A stretch of 63,970 nt of DNA, the filler included, from Olpidium bornovanus S191 (Eukaryota; Fungi; Olpidiomycota), in assembly GCA_017911155.1 (NCBI GenBank). It is 31 parts of 31 records of this genome, joined end to end, with 100 filler letters (N's around TTAATTAATTAA, not from the genome) between each part and the next. Parts side by side here need not be neighbours in the genome. Positions count along the whole stretch, not along the records: positions 11,073 to 12,871 come from JAEFCI010006279.1; positions 12,972 to 15,160 come from JAEFCI010000463.1; positions 15,261 to 17,849 come from JAEFCI010003655.1; positions 17,950 to 19,704 come from JAEFCI010012079.1; positions 19,805 to 22,065 come from JAEFCI010006366.1; 26 more parts are not named here. One strand, 5' to 3'. A program made the translations under genes and the position numbers. Within the stretch, counting starts at the first letter, position 1, and the number at the start of each line of letters is the position of its first letter. Shown here piece after piece: positions 11,073 through 21,442 of this stretch. The notes under the pieces are model-generated. The model was not told the DNA's origin. It ran no database searches and saw nothing but the letters and a program-made list of their open reading frames with translations.

Positions 11073-12636
11073 CATGAGAGCGGCTGCGGCAGTGCAAGAA
11101 AAAATAAAACAAGTGAGGAAGACGGGTAAACAAGAAAACTGTCAACGTAAATCGCATAAGGAAGCTCAAACCACCTTGATTTATCATTGCACTTTGTAGC
11201 AGCGGTCTGCCGCTTGAGCGACCCCTTTTTTAATATCGTAATCCCCTCCACAACATTATTGATCAGACGTTCCTCCAGTCCTTGGACAAAATTGCCCTTG
11301 CGTCCATCTTCGAAAATGCGGAGCTTCCGTTGATCGTCCTCCGACGGCGCCAACAGGTCTTTCAGTTCTTCGTTATATAGTTCCAAGTATGAGGCTCGTA
11401 CGGAGAACTCAACGGCGTTTGACTCCAACACTGTAAACATGTGGTGGAGAGCACGCGGGATGATTCCCGCGTTGGCATTCGGCGCAAATTCAGCGGACTC
11501 AAGGTCACCCTCTGGGGAAAAAGACAGACTACATCAGCAGGAGTTCAGGCCGAAGTAACGTCATCACCACCACGCTGACATACCCATTGTGTAGGTCTTT
11601 CCCGTTCCTGTTTGCCCATACTGACGTCCAGGAAACCGGGGGCGGGGAAGGGGGGTGGGGGCGGAGAGGTATCGATCGTGTCGCCTAAACTGGATCAGCC
11701 CAGTACCGTGCGGAAAGTGCAGCAGTTTTATGCGGCGAAACTCCTGGGGCTTACGCAAAAAATGGAGCAATTATATCCCTGTTGAACCTATTTATGACGT
11801 CGGCGGTCAGATCAATGCGTCTGTATATGTGTAAGACTTGCAAGCCGTGCTCGCTGAGCAAAGCGTACCTCGTCGAGCATCGGTTTGATCACGTCGTCGA
11901 AAATGCGCTGCTGACTCGCTTCAGGGCCGTAGACGGAGTCGAAGGTATACACCCGAGAGATGTTCGTATCCGTAAGGCTAGGACGGACAACGAGGGTATG
12001 CGGGCCCTGCGCCTGCAACAAGGTCGGAAGGCAGTCTCTGACTTCGCGCTCGTTGCGGCCTCTGTGCGGGAAAGGAAGCGAGGTGATCGTCAGCGGTGCC
12101 AAAGACGGCTGGGAATTAACGCGTCCGTTTTCAGCCCCGGTCAGACTCTGGGCCCGCCATCCCGTTCCCGCGCCCTTGCCGGGTGCACGAGTGGGATGCG
12201 CGACGGGGGGCCAAACGTGAACCGGTAGATTGTCAGCGCGGGCGACTACGGCGGGGATTGCGACCATTTCCTGGCCCCGTCAGATTTCCAGACGCGCCGT
12301 CGCGTTCGCGCGGCTTCGCCGGGTGCGGGAGTGGTGGGGGGGGGGGGGGGGGAAATAATGTGGACCAGACGTGACCGGGGAGGTCGCCAGGGAGGCTAAA
12401 GCCGACGATGACGACGCGTCCTTTTTTTTTTTTCTCCCCCCGCGGGAATCTCGACGTGACGTTTCCGTTCCCCTTTACCCTGGACGTAACTTTCCGCTCC
12501 CTTGGGCCCTGGCCGGCGGATCGCCTGCAACTTACCGGCAACGCACTACGACTTTGACGTTCGACTCCTTGTCCTTGCTGCCCGCGCCCCCCGCGCCGCC
12601 GGCGGCGTTCCCGCTCACGTTCGCGTTCCCGCTCAT
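11073..12636 (-). CDS. bimC: Kinesin-5 (BimC/Cin8/Eg5) motor domain, 3' truncated
   Basis: Exons 12636-12536, 12061-11869, 11787-11755, 11620-11584, 11511-11175 and 11083-11073 give SNVKVVVRCRGRNERE, YTFDSVYG, GQTGTGKT (P-loop), ELYNEELKDLL, and KRQTAATKCNDKSSRSH (switch I). Confidence 0.93.
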
Positions 12637-12827
12637 GTTCGCGTTTCCGGGTTTTTGTTCGCGTTCTGGGTTTTTGTTCGCGTTCTCCGGGTTTTTTGTT
12701 CGCGCCGAGACGTTTCGCGGAAGGAAGGGGAAAAAAAAAAAAAAAAAAAAAAAAAGGCGCGGGGGAAGGGGGCCTCTCTCTCTCTCTCTCTCTTCTTGTC
12801 TTTGTCGTCACGTGGGACGTGTGGAAC

Positions 12828-12871
<44 letters not shown>

Positions 12872-13009
12872 NNNNNNNNNNNNNNNNNNNNNNNNNNNNN
12901 NNNNNNNNNNNNNNNTTAATTAATTAANNNNNNNNNNNNNNNNNNNNNNNNNNNNNNNNNNNNNNNNNNNNGCAGTTACCTTTTTTTTTGCTTTGTTTGA
13001 CGGCCGCAT

Positions 13010-13135
13010 TCCCGCGCGAGTACTGCCGCAAATATTGCCGGGAACTCTGCGGAGAACATCCTGCCGCGAACAGCTGCGGCGAATCCGGTCGCGAATCCTG
13101 CCGCGGGTTCTGGCCGCGAATTCTGCGGCAAATTT
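13010..13135. repeat. Degenerate 12-13 bp tandem repeat (core CTGCSGCGAA)
   Basis: About 9 units: tactgccgcaaa tattgccgggaa ctctgcggagaa catcctgccgcgaa cagctgcggcgaa and so on. Confidence 0.7.
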
Positions 13136-13192
13136 TGAATTCGAATTCTGCAACATGGGGGGGAAGGGGGAGTTTGACTGTGATTTCGACAT

Positions 13193-13270
13193 TTTGACGG
13201 TGATTTTGACGGTGATTTTGACGGTGACTTTGACGGTGATTTTGACGGTGATTTTGACAAGGGGATTTGA
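13193..13270. repeat. 12-bp minisatellite (GACGGTGATTTT)n
   Basis: About 5-6 near-perfect copies read directly from the sequence. Confidence 0.92.
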
Positions 13271-14215
13271 CGGAAACGCAGGATCGCCATCTTACCTTTG
13301 TTAACGCCCACCCCCAAACCAAAATCAATTTATGCAAAAATTGGCAGAGACGTGCTTCACGAAAACGGCTTTCAGATGGTACCAAAGAACAACCGAGTAC
13401 CTGGTTTGGGACAGGTGGTAGATGCCAGGAGAAAAAAATTCTGCATCGCTGATCTTGCTACCGATCGGCAACGGTCGGGGAATTTGCTCGAAAGTCGCAA
13501 TTTCCATCTCGACATCCTTCGGCCCCCACGTCTTGGTCATTGGAAAAATTCGAGAATCAGAGTGCAGTAGGTAACCACGGTACGTGCTAACGCCACTGTT
13601 CCGGCGGCACATGGAAAGAAGGTTTGGACCGCACGCGGCCGGCCCGAGTGTGCGTCGAATCGCAAGTGATCAATGCTTTCCTGCTACGTTCTACATCGTT
13701 TCGGCCTCCATTGGTAGCAATATGGCATTTCACGCGCAGGGAGGCGTCGCCGGGTGACGACCGCCACGCCCTTGGCAACGCTAGCCGCACTGGCGTGGCC
13801 ACTCCAATTCGTTCGCAGTATCCATGCAGATTTTCAATCCCACAAGTCATCTTATTTCTTTGTATAATCATCAAATTAAATCTCGCTCGTAAATCCCAAT
13901 CCAGGCGTATGCCACCTTTTCCATCGTGTCCTCGAGTCCGCAAGCTATCAGGTGTACAGTGTGCTTAGCAGCCTCCGGTATCCAGCGACCAGGTCGCCGT
14001 TCTGCACCGTCGCCACTCCGCAGCTGAGACGCGATCAGTATCCACCAAAACCAATTCCCTTCGCAGCCACATAATCCAACTTATGAAGAAGACACTGGGT
14101 TTAGATCCGTTGCATTGCAGCAAGAACATTCAAGTTGGTCAATCCGCGCCGGAAAGGGTGAACGCTCGTGACAACGGCAAAAAATCGTCGCCGCCGAGGC
14201 CCTCGGCCTTGACGT

Positions 14216-15008
14216 TCAGAGCTTGGACTTAGGGGTTGCCTTGAGGACCCCGTCCAGCTTTGTTGCAAGCATCATGTTGCCTTTGACCTTGATCTTGCCC
14301 TGCATGAACAATTTCTACAAAAACAAATAAGGGTGAATTCCCTCGTGAATAAAGCGGTATTTCCGCGGAAGGAAAAGAAAAACCTACTCACCTGGCCTGC
14401 GACCCGGCACGACAATAACGGAGTACGTGGCGCGACGTTTAGAAAATTTCAAGAGCGGAGAAAAGCATACAGCTCTACGACGGAGACGTTTTTTTCTTTT
14501 TTCGTCGCCTTACCATTGGCCTTTCCGGTAGCCAAGTCAGCGAAGACGTCGTCCGAACAGTTAATCTCGATATCGGGCTTCCCTGCCGGCTTGCCCTCTG
14601 CCAAAATCAAAAGCAAAGGCAGGCAGCGTCGCGTTCAGGTTAAAGAGATAGAGCGGCTTGGGCAAATCTCCCCTTCCGATCTTCCGATCTTTGCCGAACG
14701 TAAAATATAAAACTTCCCCTGTTATTTGCAAAAAATTTCGTCGAGCTGCAACGCACCATTTATGCTCGCGGTTTTTTTCTGGGGCGAAGGAGTCGGAAAA
14801 AAAAAAATAAAATAAATTCCGCCGCGCGGCGCGGCGCCCACGAGCGAGGTCAGTTATCCTTTTTTTTGCTTCCAAAAGATGGCTGTACAGTTATGCGTCG
14901 CGCGGCGGTCCCGAACAGGTCCAGCAAGCGGAAACGCACCAAGTCGATAGTCCACGTTCTCGTCTCGTTGTTTGCGTTGGTGATGTTGAACTGGAAGATC
15001 CCGTTGAC
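14216..15008 (-). CDS. SCP2 sterol-carrier/fatty-acid binding domain protein, 5' truncated
   Basis: Exons 15008-14940, 14778-14757, 14597-14514, 14396-14392 and 14314-14216 give VNGIFQFNITN..TWTIDLKKTASINEGKPAGKPDIEINCSDDVFADLATGKANGQKLFMQGKIKVKGNMMLATKLDGVLK. Confidence 0.9.
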
Positions 15009-15699
15009 CTTACGTTTTCGGCGCGTTGCAGGAGAACGGCGCGCGCGGTTCAGACGCGGGCGTAACGCGGAAAGGCGGAAGTCCAGGGGGGGGGGGGGGG
15101 GGGGGGGTTTGGGGGGGCCCCCCTTTTTTTTTTTTTTTTTTTTTTTTCCTCCCTCCCCCCNNNNNNNNNNNNNNNNNNNNNNNNNNNNNNNNNNNNNNNN
15201 NNNNTTAATTAATTAANNNNNNNNNNNNNNNNNNNNNNNNNNNNNNNNNNNNNNNNNNNNCATGAAAAATTGGGCGCAAACTTCCTGAGTGTTTGTCAGA
15301 GGCTGCGTAAACCCCCGCTTTCACCAAGAATGCAAACAAATGTGGGAAAAAGGTGCAAACGGACTTTTACTTTTGTGACAAGTGCAGCTTTTTAACGTCG
15401 GGCGGATTTGTGCGGTGTGCAGTGGCAGAGAACTTCAAGAAGAAAATACAAGTACTCTTTGGGGCAAACAGGTTTTCTTATTAAATGCAGTGCTTTTTTT
15501 GACGCCGAGCAGATTATGTATGGTCTTCAGCAATGGGAAATTTTGAATAGGAGGACAAAGCAAGTATAAAGTTACGAACGAACCGGTCAGTTTGGTTGCG
15601 GCATTGGCAGAGGACGTCAGTAATTGTCAGCAAACAAAAGAGCAAAGTTACGGCAAGAAGTGCCAAAGAACCTTCCCCAAAAAATGTGACTATACTTTT

Positions 15700-15890
15700 T
15701 TTGTCGCCCGGGATGCGTGGACTGGGAGTTTGATCTTGGACGCAGCCCCGTTGCCATTACGACTAGGCCCCCCACAACTCACCTCGGCACCCTGCGCAGC
15801 GTGAAACAAACGCGAAGTCTGGACACCGCTTTGAATCTTGATCTTGCGGAGGCTTACCAGTCCGCCCGTGTACGCAGAGGCCGCCGCCCC
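15700..15890 (+). mobile_element. Possible highly decayed Ty3/gypsy RT relic
   Basis: CVDW, PLPL (shifted frame) and LDLAEAYQSARV occur in the order of CVDYR..PLP..LDLxxAYHQxR. The similarity is weak. Confidence 0.3.
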
Positions 15891-17341
15891 CCTCTCCTTG
15901 GCGCTTCTCGCTGCATCAAAGGGGAGGGGCCGGTTGCAGAGGGGAGGGAAGCGGGGAAGAACGTCAGAACTTGCGCCTTCTATATTGCGGGAAAGAGCGG
16001 CGGTGAAGAGACGGGAGTGGAAAGGGCTGCTCGTGCGGCGCCCGCGTTTTTTTTTCTCTCGAAAAGGCGGGAGACGCGTGCGCAAACCTCCCCTTCCCTC
16101 CGCCTCCGCCCGCCGCTCGGCCTTCCGCCCCGTCACCTCCCCTCCTTCCCCAGCGCAACGTCTTTCCCCACATCCTCCTCCCATCCCTGCCCCCCTACCC
16201 CTCTGCGCCCGCACCCACTGCGGGCGCCGCAAGCCGCCGCGTGTGACGTCCCTCGCCTCCCTTGCCGTTCTCGCTTCCCTCGCCTCGCGTTTTCCTCGCC
16301 TTCTCGCGCCCTCCCCTCGCTCCCCGCCCCCCCAACCCCCAGACGTCGCTCGTCGGTCCGCGATCAGCAGCCGCCCTCCCGATCAGGCCCCGGGTCCATC
16401 TCCCTTGCCCCCCCGGGACGCGCGCTCAAACTGAGCTCATCTTCCGCACCATCTATAATTGGGTGACATGATCACATCGACGATGACATTAAAAGGATTA
16501 CACGAACGCTCGGTGGATTGATATCCTTTACGAAACTGTACGCATTTTAAAGGGGGAATCGACGATGATGTATAAAAAGCGCAGCGACAAACGATCGACG
16601 CGAAAATTACAAGCGCTGCTTTCCCCAACACTATGTAGCCCGGAACAAGAAAAACCCCCAACCGACAAGGCCGCTGAGGCACCGTCGGGTCGTGCGGGAT
16701 TAAGATTTGCTTTAGTTTGTAGTGAGATCTGCTGCCGTTTATCTGGCGGCACTGTGCAGTTGCAATGTGTTGGGCGGTGTGGTATATTGGGGAATTTAGT
16801 TTTCAAAGTAATTTGGGGTCGAGTTGATACACTTTCATGTTTCTGCATGCCTTTCTGACCAACCAATGTTTACATTTTCCGTTAGCTGAATGTATGCACC
16901 TAAATAATATCATAAACACCCTCGCATCAGCAAAGGAAAAAACCAGATTGATACAGATGTTATACAGAAGGTAATTTGCAAAGAGTGCTACACCCTCCCC
17001 CCTCCTCGGTCTTATTTCGCACTCCAGAAAACAAATAAAACAGCGTGCCACAGCACATGGTATCAACGCCTCGAACCCCACGGACAAGCGATGCATCAGA
17101 ACTTCAATTTGATCAACGCAAGGTAAAAAACATGGCATTGCACACTGAAGCACGTTCGCGTTTTGAAAAATGATGATTGGAAGGGATTTCGAACTAAACA
17201 AAATTGGCTGCCCTCGAACTGCGCTCCCACTTAGATCTCGGCTGCCTACGTGCTCGGTTTGCCGCCCGGATCAGAGGGAACGTCGTTTTAAACGGGGAAA
17301 AGGAGGGAAAAGAAGGAATAAAAGGCGAGGATTTCCGCGGA

Positions 17342-17688
17342 CCTACGCCCCTCTACTTGAGGAGTTTCGGCTGCCTACGTACCCAGTTGCCCGGGATCAG
17401 AGGTAACGTAATTCTACTGGGGAGAAGGAGCTAAAGTAGGGAGCTATAAAAAAAGGGAGCTATAAAGTAAGGGAGGTATAAAGTAAGGGAGCTATAAAGT
17501 AAGGGAGGTATAAAGTAAGGGAGCTATAAAGTAAGGGAGCTATAAAGTAAGGGAGCTAAAGTAAAAAGGGAGCTAAAGTAAGGAGGGAAGAAGTGTAGGG
17601 CTAAGGGCCTCGAGCCTACGCTCCTACTGGAGGAATTTCGGCTGCCTACGTACCCGGTTGCCCGGGATCATAGGTAACGTAGTTCTTA
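17342..17688. repeat. 16-bp TATA-containing tandem array (GGGAG[C/G]TATAAAGTAA)n between two ~70-bp direct repeats
   Basis: About 6-7 full units from 17455 plus degenerate ones (17427-17583). Flanks 17342-17416 and 17616-17688 share TTTCGGCTGCCTACGTACCCxGTTGCCCGGGATCAxAGGTAACGTA. Confidence 0.9.
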
Positions 17689-17755
17689 CCGTTGAGGGAA
17701 AAAAGGGGATTTTTGGGCGGGGAGCGCGCACGTTTTATACCCGCGGGGTGGGGTA

Positions 17756-17818
<63 letters not shown>

Positions 17819-18000
17819 GGGTTGGGGGGGGGGGGGGGGGGGGGGGGGGNNNNNNNNNNNNNNNNNNNNNNNNNNNNNNNNNNNNNNNNNNNNTTAATTA
17901 ATTAANNNNNNNNNNNNNNNNNNNNNNNNNNNNNNNNNNNNNNNNNNNNCCAGCCGCAATGTAAAGGGAACACGACAAGCCAGTCAAAGGATTCAGTGTT

Positions 18001-19628
18001 TCAATTGATCCTTTTTGTTCTCGTCGCCAATAAAACCCGGAAGCCCAAACGCCGGCAAATGTGAAGGATATGAGTCGAGAGCTCGGTTGCTGTCATAGTC
18101 CAGGCCGAAGAATCTGCGTGAAAGAAAATAATAGCGTTTTTCCAGATTTCGGTAACGCTCCGCGCAGGCGCGAAGCTGAGCCGCGTGGCCGATAGACAAA
18201 GAGTGAGAACCGGCAGGATCGAAAAAAATCGGAGTATACGCGCTGTGAGCTCCACGGAACGCTGGCGCACTCTTTCAGCGCCCGTTGACCGACCTTCCAC
18301 CGGCCGCGGCCAGATGACTGGGAAAGGAGTGACAGGTGTGCAAGGGCCGTCCTCGAAATCTCTAGAAACTCGGCGCGGAGTTGCAAGTACCACCTCTGAA
18401 ACCGCCAAGTCCCGCCGGGCGAGATGGACGCCAGCGCCTGGACGGGATGCAGCAAACCGGCGTGTCAGGCGGCCCGATCAGCGGGGTAGACCACGTCGGG
18501 CAGACGCACGAACCGGGTTGGGTTGGCGCGAGGTGTCTCTTACGTTCAGGAAACCGCAGCTTTTGCTCACATGATGTCGAGCAGCCAACAATGCTTCCGA
18601 GATACCCGCATGCGATAGGTTGGCTCGTTTTCCGATGGAGCCGTTTGGCTGAGTGGCCGCGTCGACCAGTATTGACTCGGCTCGAGACGCACTTTCCAAA
18701 GTCGCCAACCAGAGCCCAGTTTCCTCTGAACTCGCCTTTGGTTACATTAATATCGCAACGATAAGCGTGCGCACGCCACCGCGGACGTTGGAGGACATCG
18801 ACTTAGAGAGACAGCAGGAGCTTACCATGGATCTCAGGTCATTGTCCAACAGCCAGAGGCACAGCTCCCACCATCCATAGCGAGCGGCATCCCGCGCCAA
18901 AACATAAATCGACCAACCGGTAATCGAGGAGACTTTGGCTACGGCGTTTTTGAAATAGGATACGAACGCCTCGCGATCTTGTCTCTCGCTGACGGCCGGG
19001 AGAGCGGAGGCAGAGCACAACAGCATGCGCAGGCGAAAGACCTAGAACGTAAAGCAGCCGGAGCCGGAGCCAGAACGCCCGGAAATTAATTTTTGCTCCC
19101 TCGGCGTGTGCCGTAACCATACGTAAATGAAAACTGGGCCGAAAAGACCGATACCAACACGCACGCCAGCGGGCAATTTCCCGGAGTGATTTTCGCGACT
19201 GGCCTCGGCTGAGCTCCATTCAAATTCGGCGTCATCCTGCTCGATGGAACTACCGTGGGCGCGAAGCGGATGCATCACGGCAAGGCGCACCAGGCATTTC
19301 AGGACGAGCGATTGACCTTCATCTGTCCGGAAGTAAACGACGGCAGGAAGATCCTGTGTGAGTGTCGCCAAGTCAGGCAGCCGCGAGAAACTTGGGTGAT
19401 CGTACGCTCTCAGAATCATTCCCAAGAAATGATCATCGATCGCCGCAGGTAAAAGTGTGCGTCACCTGAAGACCGTGTGGGCGCCTGCGCCAACTGCATC
19501 AACTCGCGGCCCACTTCGCTGACAAAGAAAGCATACTGGTTTACCCGCGAGTCGTGCGGATAGCCGCCCACGGGCATCCACTTCATGGTGGCGGCGGTTG
19601 CTATCAAGCAGTCGAGCAGTCCCCGAAT
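18001..19628 (-). CDS. Multi-exon hypothetical protein, partial
   Basis: Several protein-like open segments bounded by GTAAG/GTATG donors and CAG acceptors (e.g. MKWMPVGGYPHDSRVNQYAFFV, AYDHPSFSRLPDL, AARYGWWELCLWLLDND). Exon boundaries are approximate and no family was recognised. Confidence 0.45.
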
Positions 19629-20002
19629 CTGCAGTAAACGACGACGCGGTTCGAGATTTTCGGCAACCTCGATGAGTATATCAGCAGCACCGGTTTCACG
19701 ACCGNNNNNNNNNNNNNNNNNNNNNNNNNNNNNNNNNNNNNNNNNNNNTTAATTAATTAANNNNNNNNNNNNNNNNNNNNNNNNNNNNNNNNNNNNNNNN
19801 NNNNCATGCATTTCAAGCAATTGATATATCAGAAACGCCAGCGGCCGACTGCGAAAAGGCGTCAGTGCAGTCGCTCGGACCAAATACAGGTCGGCCGCAC
19901 GGCGGACGGGAACCATCGGATACGTACGGTAAATTGTTTCCGAAACCCCGTTTCTCGCTTCAACCCGCTTATGGCCGACTTGCGAACCAAAAGGCGCCTG
20001 AT

Positions 20003-21442
20003 TTAGTGAAAAGATCCGAGCGGAAACCGTACCGCATCCGAATTTACGGGCAAGTATGGGTAGCGTACCCGTAATTGCAGGCTCCGGCGATCCGAGCAGC
20101 ACAGTGCTAGCTTTTGCATTAGTCGGGTTATACCCTGCGGCGAGCGATTCACCTTCATTAAGGACCACCCACCAACACAGGTTCCGTCATATGCTTGATG
20201 CAGGCAAATCCTACAAGGCGCAACACCGCTGCCCCCTAAAGCGTGGCACACGATACCGACTGTAGAAGCCTGGAGCAATGACACACCTGATTCCGCCGGA
20301 ACGGCTTGGGCGGCGGAGGTTGACGATTCAAGCGTTTGTTCGGCATTTTGCGAGCCGAAATCCGCTATAGCAAGTTCGTCGACAGCCTTTTCGGTGTCAA
20401 TTAGCACAACGTCTTGAGCGACTGAGTGGGCAAAAGCAGCGCTCGCGGATGGCGCCTCGGAAAAGACCGTCTTCGTTGAATTTGATTTTACGCAGTTGTT
20501 TGCTCCGAGCAAGGGGTTTGGAGGTGGCGCCTCGGAAAAGACAGTCTTCGTCGAATCCAATTGAACGCAAATGTTTGGTCCGAGCAAGGTAGTCATCAGC
20601 GCCGGTGAGGCACCCATCGGCAACGCACTAGGGCTGTCACAGGCCAGATCCTTCTTTTGCGCGAGTAAACTCTCCGCCGGGGACGCGGCCCCGAAGATGC
20701 TACCCTCTCCTGCGCTTCCCGAATACTCCCAGTGTGCCGAATCCCCCAACATCCCGCCGTCCTGAGCGGCCGTCTTTCCGACAAAGCTGCTCTCCGCCGA
20801 ATAATAGGCAGCGTCGGTGGACTCCCGGCCGCTGTCCGTTGTGGCTTCGGAGGCACAACGGCAACGGCCTTCTTCAGTTCCGCCGACGTCCGTCTTTTCA
20901 TTCTCGCAAACATTCGAGTTTAGGATAGCTGGCACGACAACCGCGTCGATGCACGGCGCAACCAGCGCAGATTTGGAGACGACCAAGCGCGTCGCAACCT
21001 TTTTCGCGCCTACGCCGTCGGCGGCGATCGTTGCCGCCGCCTCGGTTTCCACGGCAGTCTTATCAACGGACACGACCAGCTTCCCCGAGGCCTCGGGCGC
21101 GGAGGGCGACGAAGATCGTGCGCGTCTGTCGTCCGGGGTGGAGCACGCGGCGAGTTCCGTGTCCGGCGCCTTAAGCTTTGCGGGATCGGCGGCAGCGGGC
21201 TCGGCGCGGTGGGTGGAGCCCTCGACGCTTGTCGCACAGCTGTCTTCGGGGAACAGGAATCCGGTCTGATGCGACGCGGAGCTCGCCTTTGATTCGGACC
21301 GGTTGTGGCACCTGCGCTTCTTTGAGTTAATATGGACAGGCGGGATCAAGCAGCTGCGAGTGGCGGCGGACGATGGGACGGGTATCGTCCCTCGGGCTTT
21401 GTCAGTCCGAGGCGCAAAAGAGTTTCGCCTTCTTTTCTCCAC
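20003..21442 (-). CDS. Hypothetical Ser/Ala/Thr-rich low-complexity protein (large exon)
   Basis: 1.4-kb open frame with an in-frame 75-bp internal duplication (..STKTVFSEAP twice). The true start and end are uncertain. Confidence 0.4.
   Translation of the reverse strand: MEKRRRNSFAPRTDKARGTIPVPSSAATRSCLIPPVHINSKKRRCHNRSESKASSASHQTGFLFPEDSCATSVEGSTHRAEPAAADPAKLKAPDTELAACSTPDDRRARSSSPSAPEASGKLVVSVDKTAVETEAAATIAADGVGAKKVATRLVVSKSALVAPCIDAVVVPAILNSNVCENEKTDVGGTEEGRCRCASEATTDSGRESTDAAYYSAESSFVGKTAAQDGGMLGDSAHWEYSGSAGEGSIFGAASPAESLLAQKKDLACDSPSALPMGASPALMTTLLGPNICVQLDSTKTVFSEAPPPNPLLGANNCVKSNSTKTVFSEAPSASAAFAHSVAQDVVLIDTEKAVDELAIADFGSQNAEQTLESSTSAAQAVPAESGVSLLQASTVGIVCHALGGSGVAPCRICLHQAYDGTCVGGWSLMKVNRSPQGITRLMQKLALCCSDRRSLQLRVRYPYLPVNSDAVRFPLGSFH

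Noticed and set aside
13325-13968. Protein-looking minus-strand ORFs downstream of SCP2
   Set aside because: No motif or consistent splice model; could be 3' UTR or intergenic DNA.
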